From contig NC_083237.1 of the NCBI RefSeq assembly GCF_032191835.1, positions 38,688,001 to 38,752,000 on the forward strand: DNA of 64,000 nucleotides, written 5' to 3'. The notes under the pieces are model-generated. The model did not search any database. It was given only the letters and a program-made list of their open reading frames with translations, and had not been told where the DNA came from. Shown piece by piece: positions 45,883 to 59,813 of this stretch. This stretch comes from Heteronotia binoei (lineage: Eukaryota). Position 1 is the first letter of the stretch. Every line of letters begins with the position of its first letter. A program made the translations under genes and the position numbers.

Positions 45883-48800
45883 TAAGAACATAAGAGAAGC
45901 CATGTTAGATCAGGCCAGTGGCCCATCCATTCCAACACTCTGTGNNNNNNNNNNNNNNNNNNNNNNNNNNNNNNNNNNNNNNNNNNNNNNNNNNNNNNNN
46001 NNNNNNNNNNNNNNNNNNNNNNNNNNNNNNNNNNNNNNNNNNNNNNNNNNNNNNNNNNNNNNNNNNNNNNNNNNNNNNNNNNNNNNNNNNNNNNNNACTG
46101 ATGGAACTCTGCTCCATATTTTTAACTAACCCCCTCTTGAAGGTGGCTATGCTTGTGGCCGCCACCACCTCCTGTGGCAGTGAATTCCACATCCCCTTTG
46201 GGTGAAGAAGTACTTCCTTTTATCCGTTTTAACCTGTCTGCTCAGCAATTTCATCGAATGCCCACGAGTTCTTGTATTGTGAGAAAGGGAGAAAAGTACT
46301 TCTTTCTCTACTTTCTCCAACCCATGCATTATCTTGTAAACCTCTATCATGTCACCCCACAGTCGACGTTTCTCCAAGCTAAAGAGTCCCAAGCGTTTCA
46401 ACCTTTCTTCATAGGGAAAGTGCTCCAGCCCTTTAATCATTCTAGTTGCCCTTCTCTGGACTTTCTCCAATGCTATAATATCCTTTTTGAGGTGTGGCGA
46501 CCAGAACTGCACACAGTACTCCAAATGAGACCGCACCATCGATTTATACAGGGGCATTATGATACTGGCTGATTTGTTTTCATTTCCCTTCCTAATAATT
46601 CCCAGCATGGCGTTGGCCTTTTTTATTGCAAACGCACACTGTCTTGACATTTTCAGTGAGTTATCTACCACGACCCCAAGATCTCTCTCTTGGTCAGTCT
46701 CTGCCAGTTCACACCCCATCAACTTGTATTTGTAGCTGGGATTCTTGGCCCCAATGTGCATTACCTTGCACTTGGCCACATTGAACCGCATCTGCCACAT
46801 TGACGCCCACTCACCCAGCCTCAACAGATCCCTTTGGAGTTCCTCACAATCCTCTCTGGTTCTCACCACCCTGAACAATTTAGTGTCATCCGCAAACTTG
46901 GCCACTTCACCGCTCACTCCCAACTCTAAATCATTTATGAACAAGTTAAAGAGCATGGGACCCAGTACCGAGCCCTGCGGCACCCCACTGCTTACCGTCC
47001 TCCACTGCGAAGACTGCCCATTTATACTCACTCTCTGCTTCCTATTACTCAGCCAGTTTTTGATCCACAAGAGGACCTGTCCTTTTACTTCATGACTCTC
47101 AAGCTTTCCGAGGAGCCTTTGATGAGGAACTTTATCAAAAGCTTTCTGGAAGTCAAGGTAAACAACATCTATCAGGTCTCCTTTGTCCACATGTTTGTTC
47201 ACCCCCTCAAAGAAATGTAACAGCTTAGTGAGGCAAGATCTTCCCTTGCAGAACCCATGCTGAGTCTTCCTCAATAACCCGTGTTCATCAATGTGCCTAC
47301 TCATTCTGTCCTTGATAATGGTTTCTACCAACTTTCCTGGTATTGAAGCCAGACTGACTGGCCTGTAATTTCCCGGATCTCCTCTGGAACCCTTTTTAAA
47401 GATGGGGATGACATTTGCTACTTCCAGTCCTCAGGAACGGAGGCAGATTTCAATGAAAGATTACAGATTTTTGTTAGAAGATCCACAAGTTCAACTTTGA
47501 GTTCTTTCAGAACTCTCGGATATATGCCATCCGGACCCAGTGACTTATTAGTTTTTAATTCATCTATCAGTTGTAGGACCTCCTGTTTTGTCACCTCAAT
47601 CTGACTCAGGTCTTTCAACACCCCTTCCAAAATTAGTGGTTCTGGGGCAGGCAAAAAGTTGTCATCTTCCACAGTGAACACAGAGGCAAAAAATGCATTC
47701 AGCTTCTCAGCCATTTCCCTATCCTCCTTCAGTAATCCTTTTACCTCATGGTCATCCAAAGGCCCCACTGCCTCCCTGGCTGGTTTCCTGCTTCTAATAT
47801 ATTGGAAGAAATTTTTATTGTTGGTCTTTATGTTTTTTGCAATATGCTCCTCATAGTCCCTTTTTGCCTGCCTGATCACAGTCTTGCATTTGATTTGCCA
47901 CAGCCTGTGTTCCCTTTTATTAATCTCACTTGGACTGGTTTTCCACTGCTTAAAGGAGTCCTTCTTACCTTTTACAGCTTCCATTACTTTGTTTGTTAAT
48001 CATGCAGGCCTTTTCTTATGCCTGTTTGTGCCTTTCCTAACTTGTGGTATGTATTTTATCTGAGCTTCTAGGATTATAGTTTTAAATAGTCTACAAGCTT
48101 CCCCAAGGGTTTTGACTGTATTTACCTTTCCTTTCAGTTTCCTCCTTACAGGCCTCCTCATCTCAGAGAATTTTCATCTTTTAAAGTTAAACGTGGTTGT
48201 GACGGTCTTTTTGGGCAACTTCCTATTTATACAAACGGTGAAATCAATAACATTATGGTCCCAAGTGGCGCAATCACTTTTACATCTCTCACCAAGTCTT
48301 GGGCATTACTTAGGACCAAATCTAGGATTGCCCCAGCCCTGGTAGGTTCTGAGACCATCTGCTTCATAGCACAGTCATTGAGAGCATCAAGAAACTCAGT
48401 CTCTTTCTCTCAACCAGAACACATATTGACCCAATCAATCTGCGGGTAGTTAAAATCACCTATTATGACACAGTTTTTACGTTTAGCCGCTATCTTTAAG
48501 CTTTCCATCATATTATAATCGTTCTCTCTCTTTTGATTTGGTGGGCGATAACAAACTCCCATAGTTAAATTTCCTTTTGGGCCCTCTATTTCAACCCAAA
48601 GCATTTCTGAAAGGGAATCTAATTCTCTGACCTCAGTCTTACTGGACCGTATATCCTCTCTGACATACACAGCCATCCCTCCTCTAACCCTTCCCTCCCT
48701 ATCCTTCTGATATAACTTATATCCAGGAATCACCGTGTCCCACTGATTCACCTCATTCCACCAAGTTTCTGAAATTCCCACAATGTCTATGGTTTCTCCC

Positions 48801-50160
48801 AACACTAAACATTCCAATTCACCAATTTTACTTCGAACACTTCTAGCATTTGCATACAAACATCTATAATTTCCCAGGCCCACCACCTTCCTCCTGCCGC
48901 CTCAAGACTCTGGCAGACAGTCCATACTGTTTGTCACCATCACAGTGGACAACTCTGATCCGTTACCCAGTAGAAAAATAGCAGCCAACCCTTCATCTCT
49001 TTGAGACGAGTCCTCCCGAACCAGAGACATTTCATCTCCTGTCAGCTTTCCCCCAAGATTTAATTTAAAAACTGCTCTGCCACCTTTTTGATTTTAAGCG
49101 CCAGCAGCCTGGTTCCATCCGGGGACAAGTGGAGACCGTCTCTTTTGTACAGCTCCTGCTTGTTCCAGAAAGCATCTCAGTGCCTAACAAACTTCAACCC
49201 TTCCTCCTTGCACTATCGTCTCATCCACACATTGAGACTTCTAATTTGTGCCTGTTTCTCCTGCCCTGCACGTGGAACAGGTAGCACTTCTGAGAAGGCT
49301 AGCTTGGAGGTCCTGGCCTTAAGTCTCCTGCCTAGCAGCCTAAATTTTTCCTCCAGGACCTCACGACTGCATTTCCCCACATCGTTGGTGCCAACATGCA
49401 CCATGACCACAGGCTCCTCCCCAGCACTGTCTATCAGCCTATCTACTACAGGCGTAATGCCCGCTACCTTTGCACCAGGCAGGCAAGTCACCATACGGTC
49501 AGTACACGGTTTTGCCACCCAGCTGTCTACTTGCCTAAGGATCGAATCACCAACTACCAACCCCCCCCCTCTCCCCCTGCCCAGGGATGGTTCCTTGGCA
49601 TGAAAGGATTCCCGTTCACCAACCGAAGAAGAGGTCCCTTCTGAGAGCACATTCCCCTTTGCACGGTGCCCTGTTCCCTCTTGACCCTCACGCTCTCTGG
49701 CAGCAACGGGGCTGCTACGTTCAGAGTGGGGCTCATCTAATATGCCCCCAAGAGTCTTCCCCAAGTGCCTAACTGACAGTCTCTGTTCTCCAGGGCAGTC
49801 ACCTCGGCCTCAAGGGTACAAACTCGTTCCCTGAGGACCAGGAGCTCCTTGTATCGAGCACACACCCAAGACTTCTGTCCTTTGGGCAGATAGTCATACA
49901 TGTGACACTCAGTGCAAAACACTGGAAAGCCCCTTCTGTGGCTCCCCTTCTGGAGGGTCAACTTACCTTATTGGGAGAACAAGGAAATTAGGGATCTTGG
50001 AACCTGGTCCTTAGGCGAAGAGCCACAGGCCATGAGACCTTCGGTTCACGCCTTTCGCAAGGCGCAGCTTAAAATGCAAAGAGGGTGAGCAGAGCCACTC
50101 CTAAGCAATCAGCAGCAATCACTCTCAATCACTCTCAATCACTTTAACCTTTAGCCCACC
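45883..50160 (-). mobile_element. Near full-length CR1 LINE (ORF1 zinc finger plus SGNH esterase; ORF2 endonuclease-RT with frameshifts)
   Basis: ORF1 CTECHMYDYL...VCARY and GDSILRQ...HVGTNDV; ORF2 YANARS...GISETW...GDFNYP...KFADDTKL. The 3' (TTATGTTC) end is at 45883 and the 5' boundary is approximate. Confidence 0.92.
45945..46096. other. Assembly gap (152 N) inside the CR1 3' UTR
   Basis: Run of N. Confidence 1.
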
Positions 50161-50397
50161 CAACCAAACAAACAGCATTTCCCCAGCTATCACAACTCAG
50201 AATTTTAAGCAGTCCCACAAACCTCAGAATGAAGTCTTTCAAAACTCAGAAATTCTCAGCAACTTCTCCAGCTGTCTCAGCTATCAGAGCTGCTCTGCTC
50301 TGTTCTGCTCTCTCTCAGACCTCTGTGCTGATTCTTAGTTCATGTTAGTTGGATCCACAGTGTTTTTGATCAACCTTGCTCAGTTCTCTACAGCCCC

Positions 50398-51162
50398 TGT
50401 GCAGTAAGTCAGTCAGTATTGAGTGAGTGGCTGGATTTCTCTGATGAGTGGCTGGATTTCTCTGTGGCTAACCCTAAACTAGTAATTGAACAGCCTGCTA
50501 CAGCTGGCTCTGAGCCAGAAGAAGAAGAACAAGAGATCAGGTTACCAGCTGATAGCTGATAAGTCACAGCTTATAGCTGAAATCAAGCCCAAGGCTTGTA
50601 GCTCTGAAGCAGTAATCAAGTCTCCAGAAATCACTCCCAGCCCACCTACCTCACCCACACCCTTGCAGTACCAATGCCATCAGACGTTTAGAGTTGCAAG
50701 AAAGGCGAAGAAGTGTGAGACCCATGACCCATTGTCAGCTGTCAATTGAAGAGAGAAACAAGTAGTTTTGGGATGACTGCCAAAGAATTGGCTGGGAAAT
50801 TAGCTCGTTAAGACTTGGCTATAAATTCAGCAGGAAGAAGCAGCAGTTTGTGGATGCAACAAGTCACTTTGCTATTGAGACATAAACCTTGCTGTTAACA
50901 GACCTCTGCAACATTGAACTGTGGACTGGACCTGACAACTGGCTTTTTTGGATAACCTGACCTTGACTTGGACTTGCTGCCTGGAATTCCTTGATTTTAG
51001 ACTGGGCTTTGGTATACCTGCTCCCTTGAACCCCTGACTTCTGGATTGGATTTTGATTACTGTCTACAACTTTGCCTATGACCTACCCTGCTGACCCCAG
51101 CCCTTGTCTCTTCGGGCAAGTGCACCAGTACACCCTGTTTCTCCTGGCTTTTGTCTTTGACA
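50398..51162 (+). mobile_element. Solo LTR (765 bp), family unassigned
   Basis: TGT...ACA termini with a perfect 5-bp TSD GCCCC (50393-50397 and 51163-51167), TATAAA near 50820 and a GACT-rich 3' part. Confidence 0.65.
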
Positions 51163-54142
51163 GCCCCATGATCCTCATTATAGCCTTTTAAGATGAACAA
51201 AGGGGACCATCTTTTCATCTTTTTATCAGCAGAAAATCAGATCCATGTATATTGTGTGCATGATTTTGAGATTATTTGGCACAGCTGATCATCATTATTC
51301 AAGAACTTCAAAACATCCACTAAATCAAGGAGGTTTTTTTCAAGGAAATCAGTGTATATTCTTGTAAACTGTTTATTGGATCTAACAAGCAGTCAGATTA
51401 ACAGTATGATGAGAGGGCACTTCATCCCTCCAGCACACTTACTAATAAAACTCTAGAGAAATAGTCATTAATGAGGTTTCACATATCCCAGTAAACAAGC
51501 ATGCTGGCAATTCTAAAATTCTTTGCATCATTCCTCATGATTGCTACTTCATCAGAGATGCCCTTTTAATAACCTTGCACAAATAAACTTGTTGCTAGTC
51601 AGGATAATTAGGCTCTTTATTTCTCATAAGCTAATCACACACTTGAGTCTTCTTTGATTGTTTGATTGAGTCTTCTTTAATTGTTTGTCATCTAGGGCTC
51701 AGTAGGTGTTTAATGATCCCAAGTGAAAACCATATTCTTCCGAAAGGAGTTAACTGAGTGACCCCTATGACTTCCAAAAAGGTCACAATGGGTCCTCCTC
51801 TAGCTGCAAAGGCATATGTAGATGGCAGAGAATGCATATTGTGAACCTACTACTGTAAAAAAAGCTGCTAATAAATTCCCTTGGTAGTAATTTATTTTTT
51901 TTTTCTGTATCAAAGCTGTTACCGTCCTCTGGGAGACACAAGACTCTCTTCATCTGACATTGTAGTAACTGAAATGCCAAAAGGCCTTCATTTTCATAGA
52001 TAACTTTTTAATTTATTTTAATATAATGTCATCAGAGAGGACAATGATATTCTTATAGGCCTTAATGTATAATGATGCTAATCAAAAGGGCCCAGTTTTC
52101 ATCAAGTTTAATTGTCTTGCAGCAGAAGTGAGCAAATGAAAAAAACTGAAACATCCTCCTCCCCTCTTAACCTAGAATTTGCCAACATTTGAGTCTGTGG
52201 TCATTGTTCATTGTATTTTAACTACAGTAAAACATTCTTAGACACTCCTGTATTCCAACTGGAATAATATCTTAATTTGTAGAACTTTCTAGAACAATAC
52301 AAGTCTAATTCCCACACTTCATCGGCTGGGAGTTGCCTTTGCCTACTCAGTAGAGTTGAACTAAGTGAAACATAAAAAATACAATACAGGATGGAAAGTT
52401 GTAAGCTACTTGAGGTTCCCATTGGGGAGAAAGGTGGTATGTAAATTAAGTAAAGTTAATAAAATACTTTGTTTGGTGGCTAAAACTTGAGAGATTGTGA
52501 TGGGCCCAAAGTCATTAAGAAAACTTTCATGGACAAAGTGAAGATTCAGATCTGGTTGTCTAAGGTTTTTGTTGAAGAAAAAGGTGAGAAGCAACATCCA
52601 TGAGGAGGCTCTGGCTTCAGGAAGTTTTAACATAGGCAGGTGTTCCATGCAGTAAACTACATACAGGGATTTACATTCACTGAAGGGATAGGTTCATTAT
52701 TAGAAAGGTTAGAAAATTTCTCAGTTGCAAGCAAGCTGTTGCTTAGAATGGTTTTATTAACATAAAATATTCACAATTTTTGTGAACAGAAGTACTACAA
52801 CAAGCAAGCATAGAGTTAAGCATACAACTTTATCCAACAACTTTACCAAAATCTCATCCAATTACCCCCTTACCATTGCCCCCATTCCACATGGCTTTTG
52901 TACACACACAGGACCTATAAACAGTGTAGCCCTTTGGGGAGGTTAAATGTGACCCCTCCTCTTTCACCAGTTGAAAAGCTGGTTGCCTCTCTCTCAATAG
53001 ATATATAAATATAACTATCTTACAAACATGTGGTAGATTAATATGACCCTTTTACTCTGATTCTATGATCATTCAGAATCATTCATCAATCAAAGTTCGG
53101 TGATATAAAACCTTATGAGGCTTGCTTAGCCAGCTATTACTATTACAGAATTAACCAAGTATTTCAAGTGCCAGATGTTCTTTTTGTCCCACAATTTTAA
53201 TTTGTGCTATCACTGTTTTAAAATCCTCTCTCTTTTCTATGTTGTGATTTTAAGGATTTATGAGATCTTGATTCTCATTTTTAATCTGATGCTTTTAAAA
53301 TTGTTTAAAATTGTTCTTATTTGCTAATATTTAAATCCTGTTTTGCCGCCTTTCTTATTTTATTGATGGATTTAGAATTGTTTTTATTGTTGTTGTGATC
53401 CACCTTAAATATATTTATATGGAGAGACAGGGTAAGACCAATTCAAATATTCCAGTGGAGAGTATGGAAATTTGTTAAACTATATGTGATGATTCATAAA
53501 TCAATCAGACCTCACTTGCTGGAAATCTTCAGGAGGTCCTGCAAGGTTTATATATTTGCCAGGACTTTTGGTGGGATATGAACAACAAGCATCTTTGTGG
53601 GGAAGAGAAAAATATCTTTTTAAAAATTTTATTAGGTTTTAATCTATAATGTTTGAATTATTATTTGGAAGCTGCCTTGAACCAATTAGAAAAAGTAAGT
53701 AATTTTTGAAGACTTTATCAAGTCACTATTATGTCTGGAACCTTGTTCTACAGGCTACAGCTCTATCTGTTTTCAAGTCAGCACTCTTGGTTCTCCAGCC
53801 AAGAGTGCTGACTTGAAAATAGAACCAAGAGTCTTCAAAAGAAACATGCATGTAAACCTAGGTAGCATGTTGCCACTGTGCTCTACCTGAAGAGCTGTAT
53901 ACTGCTCTGAAGGACTTCCTGTACTTCCATTTGAGAGACTTTCTTCTTTTGGCTCAAAATATCTCAGAATTAACTTAGAAGACAGCTTCATTCTCTTCAA
54001 GTTGCAAATCCATTGGATTAACCAGAGTACATTGGATGAGTAGCTGTCTCTTTCAAGGACTGTTTATTGAAGGACTGAGTCTTTTAAGATATTTGTTTTG
54101 GTATAAGTAATTTGTTATTTCAAGTGAAGTTTATGTTTTAAA

Positions 54143-54364
54143 TGTTACATTTGAAAGAAAAATATATTTAGGAAGTAAAGCATGAATATATAGTGTATGA
54201 GTATTAAATGCAGTATATATTCATGCTTTACTTTTGAAATATATGTTTTTTCTTTCAAATGTTCTAGCTTGTAACATTTGAAAGAAAAATATATTTAAAT
54301 CTGGAGGGGAAACATTTACTAAAAGTAAAGCATGAATATATAGTGTATAAGTATTATATGCGGT
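54143..54364. repeat. Direct-inverted-direct triplication of a ~50-70 bp AT-rich unit
   Basis: acatttgaaagaaaaatatattt...aagtaaagcatgaatatata occurs forward (54147), reversed (54214-54262) and forward again (54274). Confidence 0.85.
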
Positions 54365-54368
54365 AGAA

Positions 54369-54786
54369 GAGCCCCACGGTACAGAGTGTAAAGCTGCAGT
54401 ACTGCAGTCCGAGCTTTCTACTCATGACCTGAGTTCAATCCCAGCAGAAGCTGGTTTCAGGTAGCTAGCTCAAGGCTGACTCAGCCTTCCATCCTTCCGA
54501 GGTCGGTAAAATGGGTACCCAGCTTGCTGGGGGAAAGTGTAGATCAGGGGTGGCCAACAGTAGATCTCCAGATATTTTTTGCCTAAAACTCCCATCACCC
54601 CCAGCCATCAGCCATGCTGGCTGGGGCTGATGGGAGTTGTAGACAAAAAACATCTGGAGAGCTACTGTTGGCCACCCCTGGTGTAGATGACTGGGGAAGG
54701 CAATGGCAAAAAGTCTGCCGTGAAAACATGCTGTGTCATCACCCCAGAGTCAGAAATGACTGGTGCTTGGACTACCTTTACCTTTA
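54369..54786 (+). mobile_element. Sauria SINE interrupted by a hAT MITE
   Basis: Same head, core and tail as 7199-7490. Confidence 0.85.
54545..54680. mobile_element. hAT MITE (136 bp), same family as 40619-40754
   Basis: CAGGGGTGGCCAA TIRs and a perfect 8-bp TSD GTGTAGAT. Confidence 0.93.
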
Positions 54787-57582
54787 TTATATGCAGTGTT
54801 TTATTGTGTGTTGCCCACATAGAGGCTGGCATCCCTACTTTTTGACAACCATACTTGTTGGACCTGACTCAGGTTGCAATCATGTGAGAAATTTGGCCCA
54901 ACCTAGCCATGCTTCCCCTCCAGATTTAATGTGCATTATGACAAGCACCCACCCCCCCACCCCTTCTGAGTCCTGCATGTCCTTACCTTGACTTAGAACA
55001 GGCTGGGACCGGATTAAATAGCTAATGGGAACTTCCCAGTAGAAAATCTCTAAAGCACATGCAGGGCACATTTCCCGGCTGTCTGAATGGCCAAGTTATA
55101 TGCATGCATCCTACATGTGCAGGAGCAGTCTGAATGCTCCTCTTGTGTGTGTGTGTGTGGCCTGAGCCTCTCCCGGAAGCCAGGCAAAGGCTGTGTGATT
55201 ACCATGGCATGCATCAAAGAGCATGAACAAATGCATCAATAAGCACCAGTTTTTTCAAAGCTGGAATACTGCTGTGCCAAATTCCCAGTGTGATCTCACC
55301 CTCAGTGTGTGATTAGGGACCTCTTCACTCATGCATGCTTTCATGACATCCCAATTTGAAAAATTTCTTGTTCCTTTTTGGCCAAACAATATCACAAAAT
55401 AGAATGTGTGCAACTAAATGATACACATGAATATCTGCTCCCCCTTCCCAACAAAAGTTTTGCCAACCTAATTATCTGAATTAGGGAAGATCTTATTAAT
55501 CAGTCCTCTGGGGAAACCAAAGCTCCCAGTGAGAACTGAGATGTGCAGTGGAAGAGATTATATTTTCCACCATTTGGTGAAGGTACAGGAAGCGGCATTA
55601 TGTGCTTCATGATATTCTCCAAAACATCATATTGAGTCACAGCTCAATACAGTGATACAGCTGCATATCCACATAAGTGGACTTTTAAGTCCTGAAGCTG
55701 TCTAGTTGATATTTGAAGAGGAGGAAAGGAAGCATAACAGTGAAATTTCCAGTCATTCAAAATTTTAAAAGGTAAGTAACTTATTAAAGTGGTTCAGTGT
55801 TTGGTAGCCATTTCCAGGAGCCAATTTACAAAGTCCATTCTCAGTATTATTCTACTTGCTGAAGGAAATTTGATTTTTTTTCACCCCACAAAAGAAAGGA
55901 AATAGTATAGTCTACCTAAAATGGCAGACAATTATAAAGATACTTTCTAGGTGGACACACTCTTGCTTTTTCTGAGGACCCTTTCCAACTAGCAATCAAC
56001 AGATGTCCAGAGGAAGGGACATTCATCAAATGGTTGTATAGCACGGTTTAGTCAAGTTCAAGTTCAGGAACCTTTAATGGCATAAAATGGTGAGGTAAAA
56101 GTACAGACAGACTTAAAATAAGTTCCAGTGAAAGTTATAGTGTACAAAAATGGTTTTAAAAGGATATCATAAAAACAGTACATAAAAGCAAAACTGATCA
56201 AATGTTCATGCCCTATGCCTAGGAATATAATGGCCCTTATGTGGTACAATGACCAAATACTCAGCTATTCGTTCCATCAACCTGGGACATTTATCAGCAA
56301 GTAAGTACTGAATAGTTTTTCTGGGGAGGGGGGAGGTCTGAGAAATTGAAAATAACAGGGTCAAGAAGTTGCTGATGAATCTTACAGAACATAGGACAAC
56401 AGAGTAAAATATGAGTAACTGAATCAGGTTCTGATAAACACTACTTACATATTAGGGATTGTAGAATCTTTCGAGCTCAAGTGCCGTGTTCTACTGGAGA
56501 AAGTTTTCCTTCCAGACGTTTCGTTCTCAGCTGCGGAGAACATCCTCAGTGGGGTTGCAGCCGGAGCAGGCACTCTGACCTTCTTGGCTGCTGTGCAAAT
56601 GCAGCTTCTAGCAAGCATGAAGGCCTGGCGCTGTTGGGTAGCACAATAAGTAAGAGTGTGGGATCTGAAGGAAGCCCCTGCTTCAACTCTTCTCTCACTG
56701 TGAACTCACAGTATGGCTTCAGTCTAGCTATCATGTCTTAGCCTTACTCTTAATGCCCATCTGTGATACGTTGAAACACGTCTAATTTAAAAATGTATGC
56801 AAAGGACTTGCGAGAGGACATTTGGTCTTATTCTGAATGTATCAATGCTTCTGAACATTTTTCTTTGCATTCTTGATTCTCTAGTATTATGCGAGAGGAA
56901 AGGAAGCACAACAGTGAAATTAACACTCATTGAATATCATAATATTATTATTAAATTTGCAGCCTTAATAATCCTCATTAACAAAATGATTGTGCACTTC
57001 ATTTCTTTTATCATTCTTTTCCCTTAATGTAGATCTCTGCAGTCTAGAATCCCAGAAACTTATTTCAATGGTCATAGCCCAGCAACCACTATAAAGTGGT
57101 GGTTAGTGCATTGGACAGGACTCAAGTCCCCATTATCCATTGAAGGTCACTTGATAAACACATACAGCTGTATTATCCTGTCAAACCATTTGTCTGTGCA
57201 GCTCAGTATTATCTCCTCTCACCAGCAGCAATCCTCCAGTTCCAGGCAGAGCTGGCTCTATCCAAACACCTGTGATTCTTCAGCTGAAGATATAAAGAAT
57301 AAACTTGGATGCATAAAAATGTGTTTCCCTCCCATAGCCCTGACAAACTTGAGCCAGTCACACAGCTTTAATCTATTTCATGGCATTGCTTTAAGGATAA
57401 CTCAGGAATAGGGAGAACTACACATGTCAAACTGATTTCCTTGGGGAAAAGGCATGATAAAACATAATAGATAAGCTGTACTGTATCATTTAAGCGTATT
57501 TTATTTGTTGTAAAGACCACTACCATTCTTGTTATTAAATATTTGAAATGCTTCTTTTCCATAGACTAGAAATTATGTCAGC

Positions 57583-58566
57583 ATGGTAACTGAGAATATA
57601 ACAACAGTTACACACTTCATCATCTTGGGCTTCCCAGCTCTGAAGAAACTTCAGCTTCTCCTCTTTTTTGTGGGGTTCGTTGTCTATATTTTGACCTTGT
57701 GTGGAAACATCATCATTATCACCATAGTACACATTGACCAACGTCTCCACACTCCGATGTACTTCTTCCTCAGCAACTTCTCCTTCCTAGAGATATGGTA
57801 TACCTCAAATATTGTTCCCAAGATGCTAGAAGTCTTACTAGATAAAGACAAAACTATCACATACACTGGCTGTATTACTCAACTCTATTTTCTTATCACA
57901 TTTGGTACAGCAGAATGTTTCATTCTGGCAATCATGGCGTATGATCGCTACTTAGCCATATGCAGCCCTCTGCGCTATCCAACTCTCATGAATAACAAAG
58001 TTTGCCTTTATCTCGCTGTGTGTGCATGGGTTGGTGCTTTCATAATTAATATCCCACCACTAATCTCACTATGTAGACTGCCATTTTGTGGGCCCAATGA
58101 AATTAACCATTTCTTTTGTGATGCACCCCCTTTACTGAAACTCTCTTGCATTCCGCCCCACGAAGCCGAATTGTCCAACTTTATTGTGGCAACCAGTGTC
58201 ATTGTCAGTTCCTTCCTCCTCATTATGGTATCTTACATCCTCATCATAATCACTGTTTTGAAAATCCCATCCTCTTCAGGGCGACAAAAAGCCTTCTCCA
58301 CTTGTGGGTCCCATCTGGCAGTTGTGACTATTTTCTACAGCACCCTGATGTTCATGTATGTGCGTCCGACATCCAACTTCTCTGTGGACTCCGTGGACTT
58401 CAACAAAGTTGTATCTCTGTTCTACACTGTGATTACTCCCATGCTAAACCCAGTCATTTACTGTTTGAGAAACAAGGATGTCAAAGATGCTCTGCAGAAA
58501 GCAGTCCAAAGGAAATGCATGTTGGCATCAAAATCAAGCACCATGTTAAGTGGGAAAATGAATTAA
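57583..58566 (+). CDS. Olfactory receptor, class II (OR11/OR6-like), 327 aa
   Basis: Intact ORF MVTENITTV with LHTPMYFFL, MAYDRYLAIC, KAFSTCGSHL and PMLNPVIYCLRN. Acceptor cttcttttccatag at 57551-57564. Confidence 0.94.
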   Translation: MVTENITTVTHFIILGFPALKKLQLLLFFVGFVVYILTLCGNIIIITIVHIDQRLHTPMYFFLSNFSFLEIWYTSNIVPKMLEVLLDKDKTITYTGCITQLYFLITFGTAECFILAIMAYDRYLAICSPLRYPTLMNNKVCLYLAVCAWVGAFIINIPPLISLCRLPFCGPNEINHFFCDAPPLLKLSCIPPHEAELSNFIVATSVIVSSFLLIMVSYILIIITVLKIPSSSGRQKAFSTCGSHLAVVTIFYSTLMFMYVRPTSNFSVDSVDFNKVVSLFYTVITPMLNPVIYCLRNKDVKDALQKAVQRKCMLASKSSTMLSGKMN

Positions 58567-58582
58567 AGTTGTCAATGATAGA

Positions 58583-59130
58583 GGTAGAACAAAGTTTGCA
58601 TGCAGTGGCACCTTTCAGACCAAGAAAGTTTCTTTATAGGGATAATTATTCATTTGCACACACACTTCTTCAGATATCTTGAAACAAAAGCCATCAACTA
58701 TTACACATAGGTACAGAGTGGGGAGGGTATTGCCAGGAAAGGCCAATTCGAATAAAGGTGCATAAGTAACTGAGAAATAAAATAGCAAAGTTTCGATGAA
58801 AGCAAGACCTGTGAATAGCTCTTCAGTTATTACAATGCTCAGGACAATGGAACCCCAAGGTCTTAACAGATATTATTTTCTTATCTCACTAATGTCATTC
58901 TGTTCTCACATCTGTAAACTCTTTTATTATGCTGTATGATAATTTGCTGCTTCTCACAGATTTTACTAATTACTTTAATCCAATCTTAGCTATGTTTATT
59001 GCTCTATTTCAGTGTATCTGAAGAAGTCTGCATGCACGCAGAAGCTTATACCTTTTTTAAAAAACTGTTGGTCTTAAAGGTGGCACTGGACCACTTTGTT
59101 CTTTTGCTTCAGACCAGCATGTCTACCTGC
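58583..59130. mobile_element. Penelope-like relic, paralogous to 39444-40200, with most of the GIY-YIG part deleted
   Basis: Same inverted pLTR ends, and a ~200-bp internal deletion relative to copy A. Confidence 0.75.
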
Positions 59131-59813
59131 CTAAATCTACCTTCATGGAAAGCAGAGGTAATATAATTCAGCAGAAGCTGCAACTTGTCTTATATAATTG
59201 CTTCCTTAAAGGGATCCACAGCCTGATCTGATGAAAAGTTACACACACAGGATTAAGTTCAAGCAAAGAACTCAGGTATAGGAGCAGCCTAACATTTCCC
59301 CCTCTTTCTGTGTAGATTTTCCTACATGTCTCTCTACCAGATCTGCAATGATCATTTTTTTGTCACTCTTTATTTCAATAGGTTTTTTTTTTTTTGTGAT
59401 TTTATACCAGCCAACATGAGTACTTTTTGTATATACTTCTAGGTATTCTAATACTGAAGAACTCTTAAATAAAAAGATATTTAAATTCTCTCCAAACATC
59501 GGTTTCAGTTGTGATTCTATAATACAGGCTTTCAAAGCATGTCCTACATCATTGTCGATTGGTAGGTTTCTTGTTTAATGATAATCGCTGTGTATTCTCA
59601 CAAAATAAGCTTTAAATTTAACAAGCACTTATTGGTATGGTAGGGTGTAGTTAAAATGGAATTCACTCAGGTAACAAACAAACAATCCTAAACATATCTA
59701 TACTGTCATTGGAATTAGAAAGGTGTGACTTCGTTTGGGACTGCATGGTAAGGGTGGTTCCATGCTAGTCAGACGAAGCACAACTATTATTTGCATGTAC
59801 AACTTTAATAGGG

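Larger units (their letters stand above)
55348..59600 (+). repeat. Segmental duplication copy B
   Basis: Colinear with 36903-40870. Confidence 0.9.

Noticed and set aside
50090-50150. Short (CAATCACTCT)n tandem repeats, and other short repeats in the window, as CRISPR-like arrays
   Set aside because: These are simple repeats without unique spacers in a vertebrate context. This one lies in the probable CR1 5' UTR.
57575-57589. Four-codon upstream ORF (ATG TCA GCA TGG TAA) overlapping the OR start
   Set aside because: It is present in the sequence, but upstream ATGs are common in OR leaders and nothing here indicates a function.
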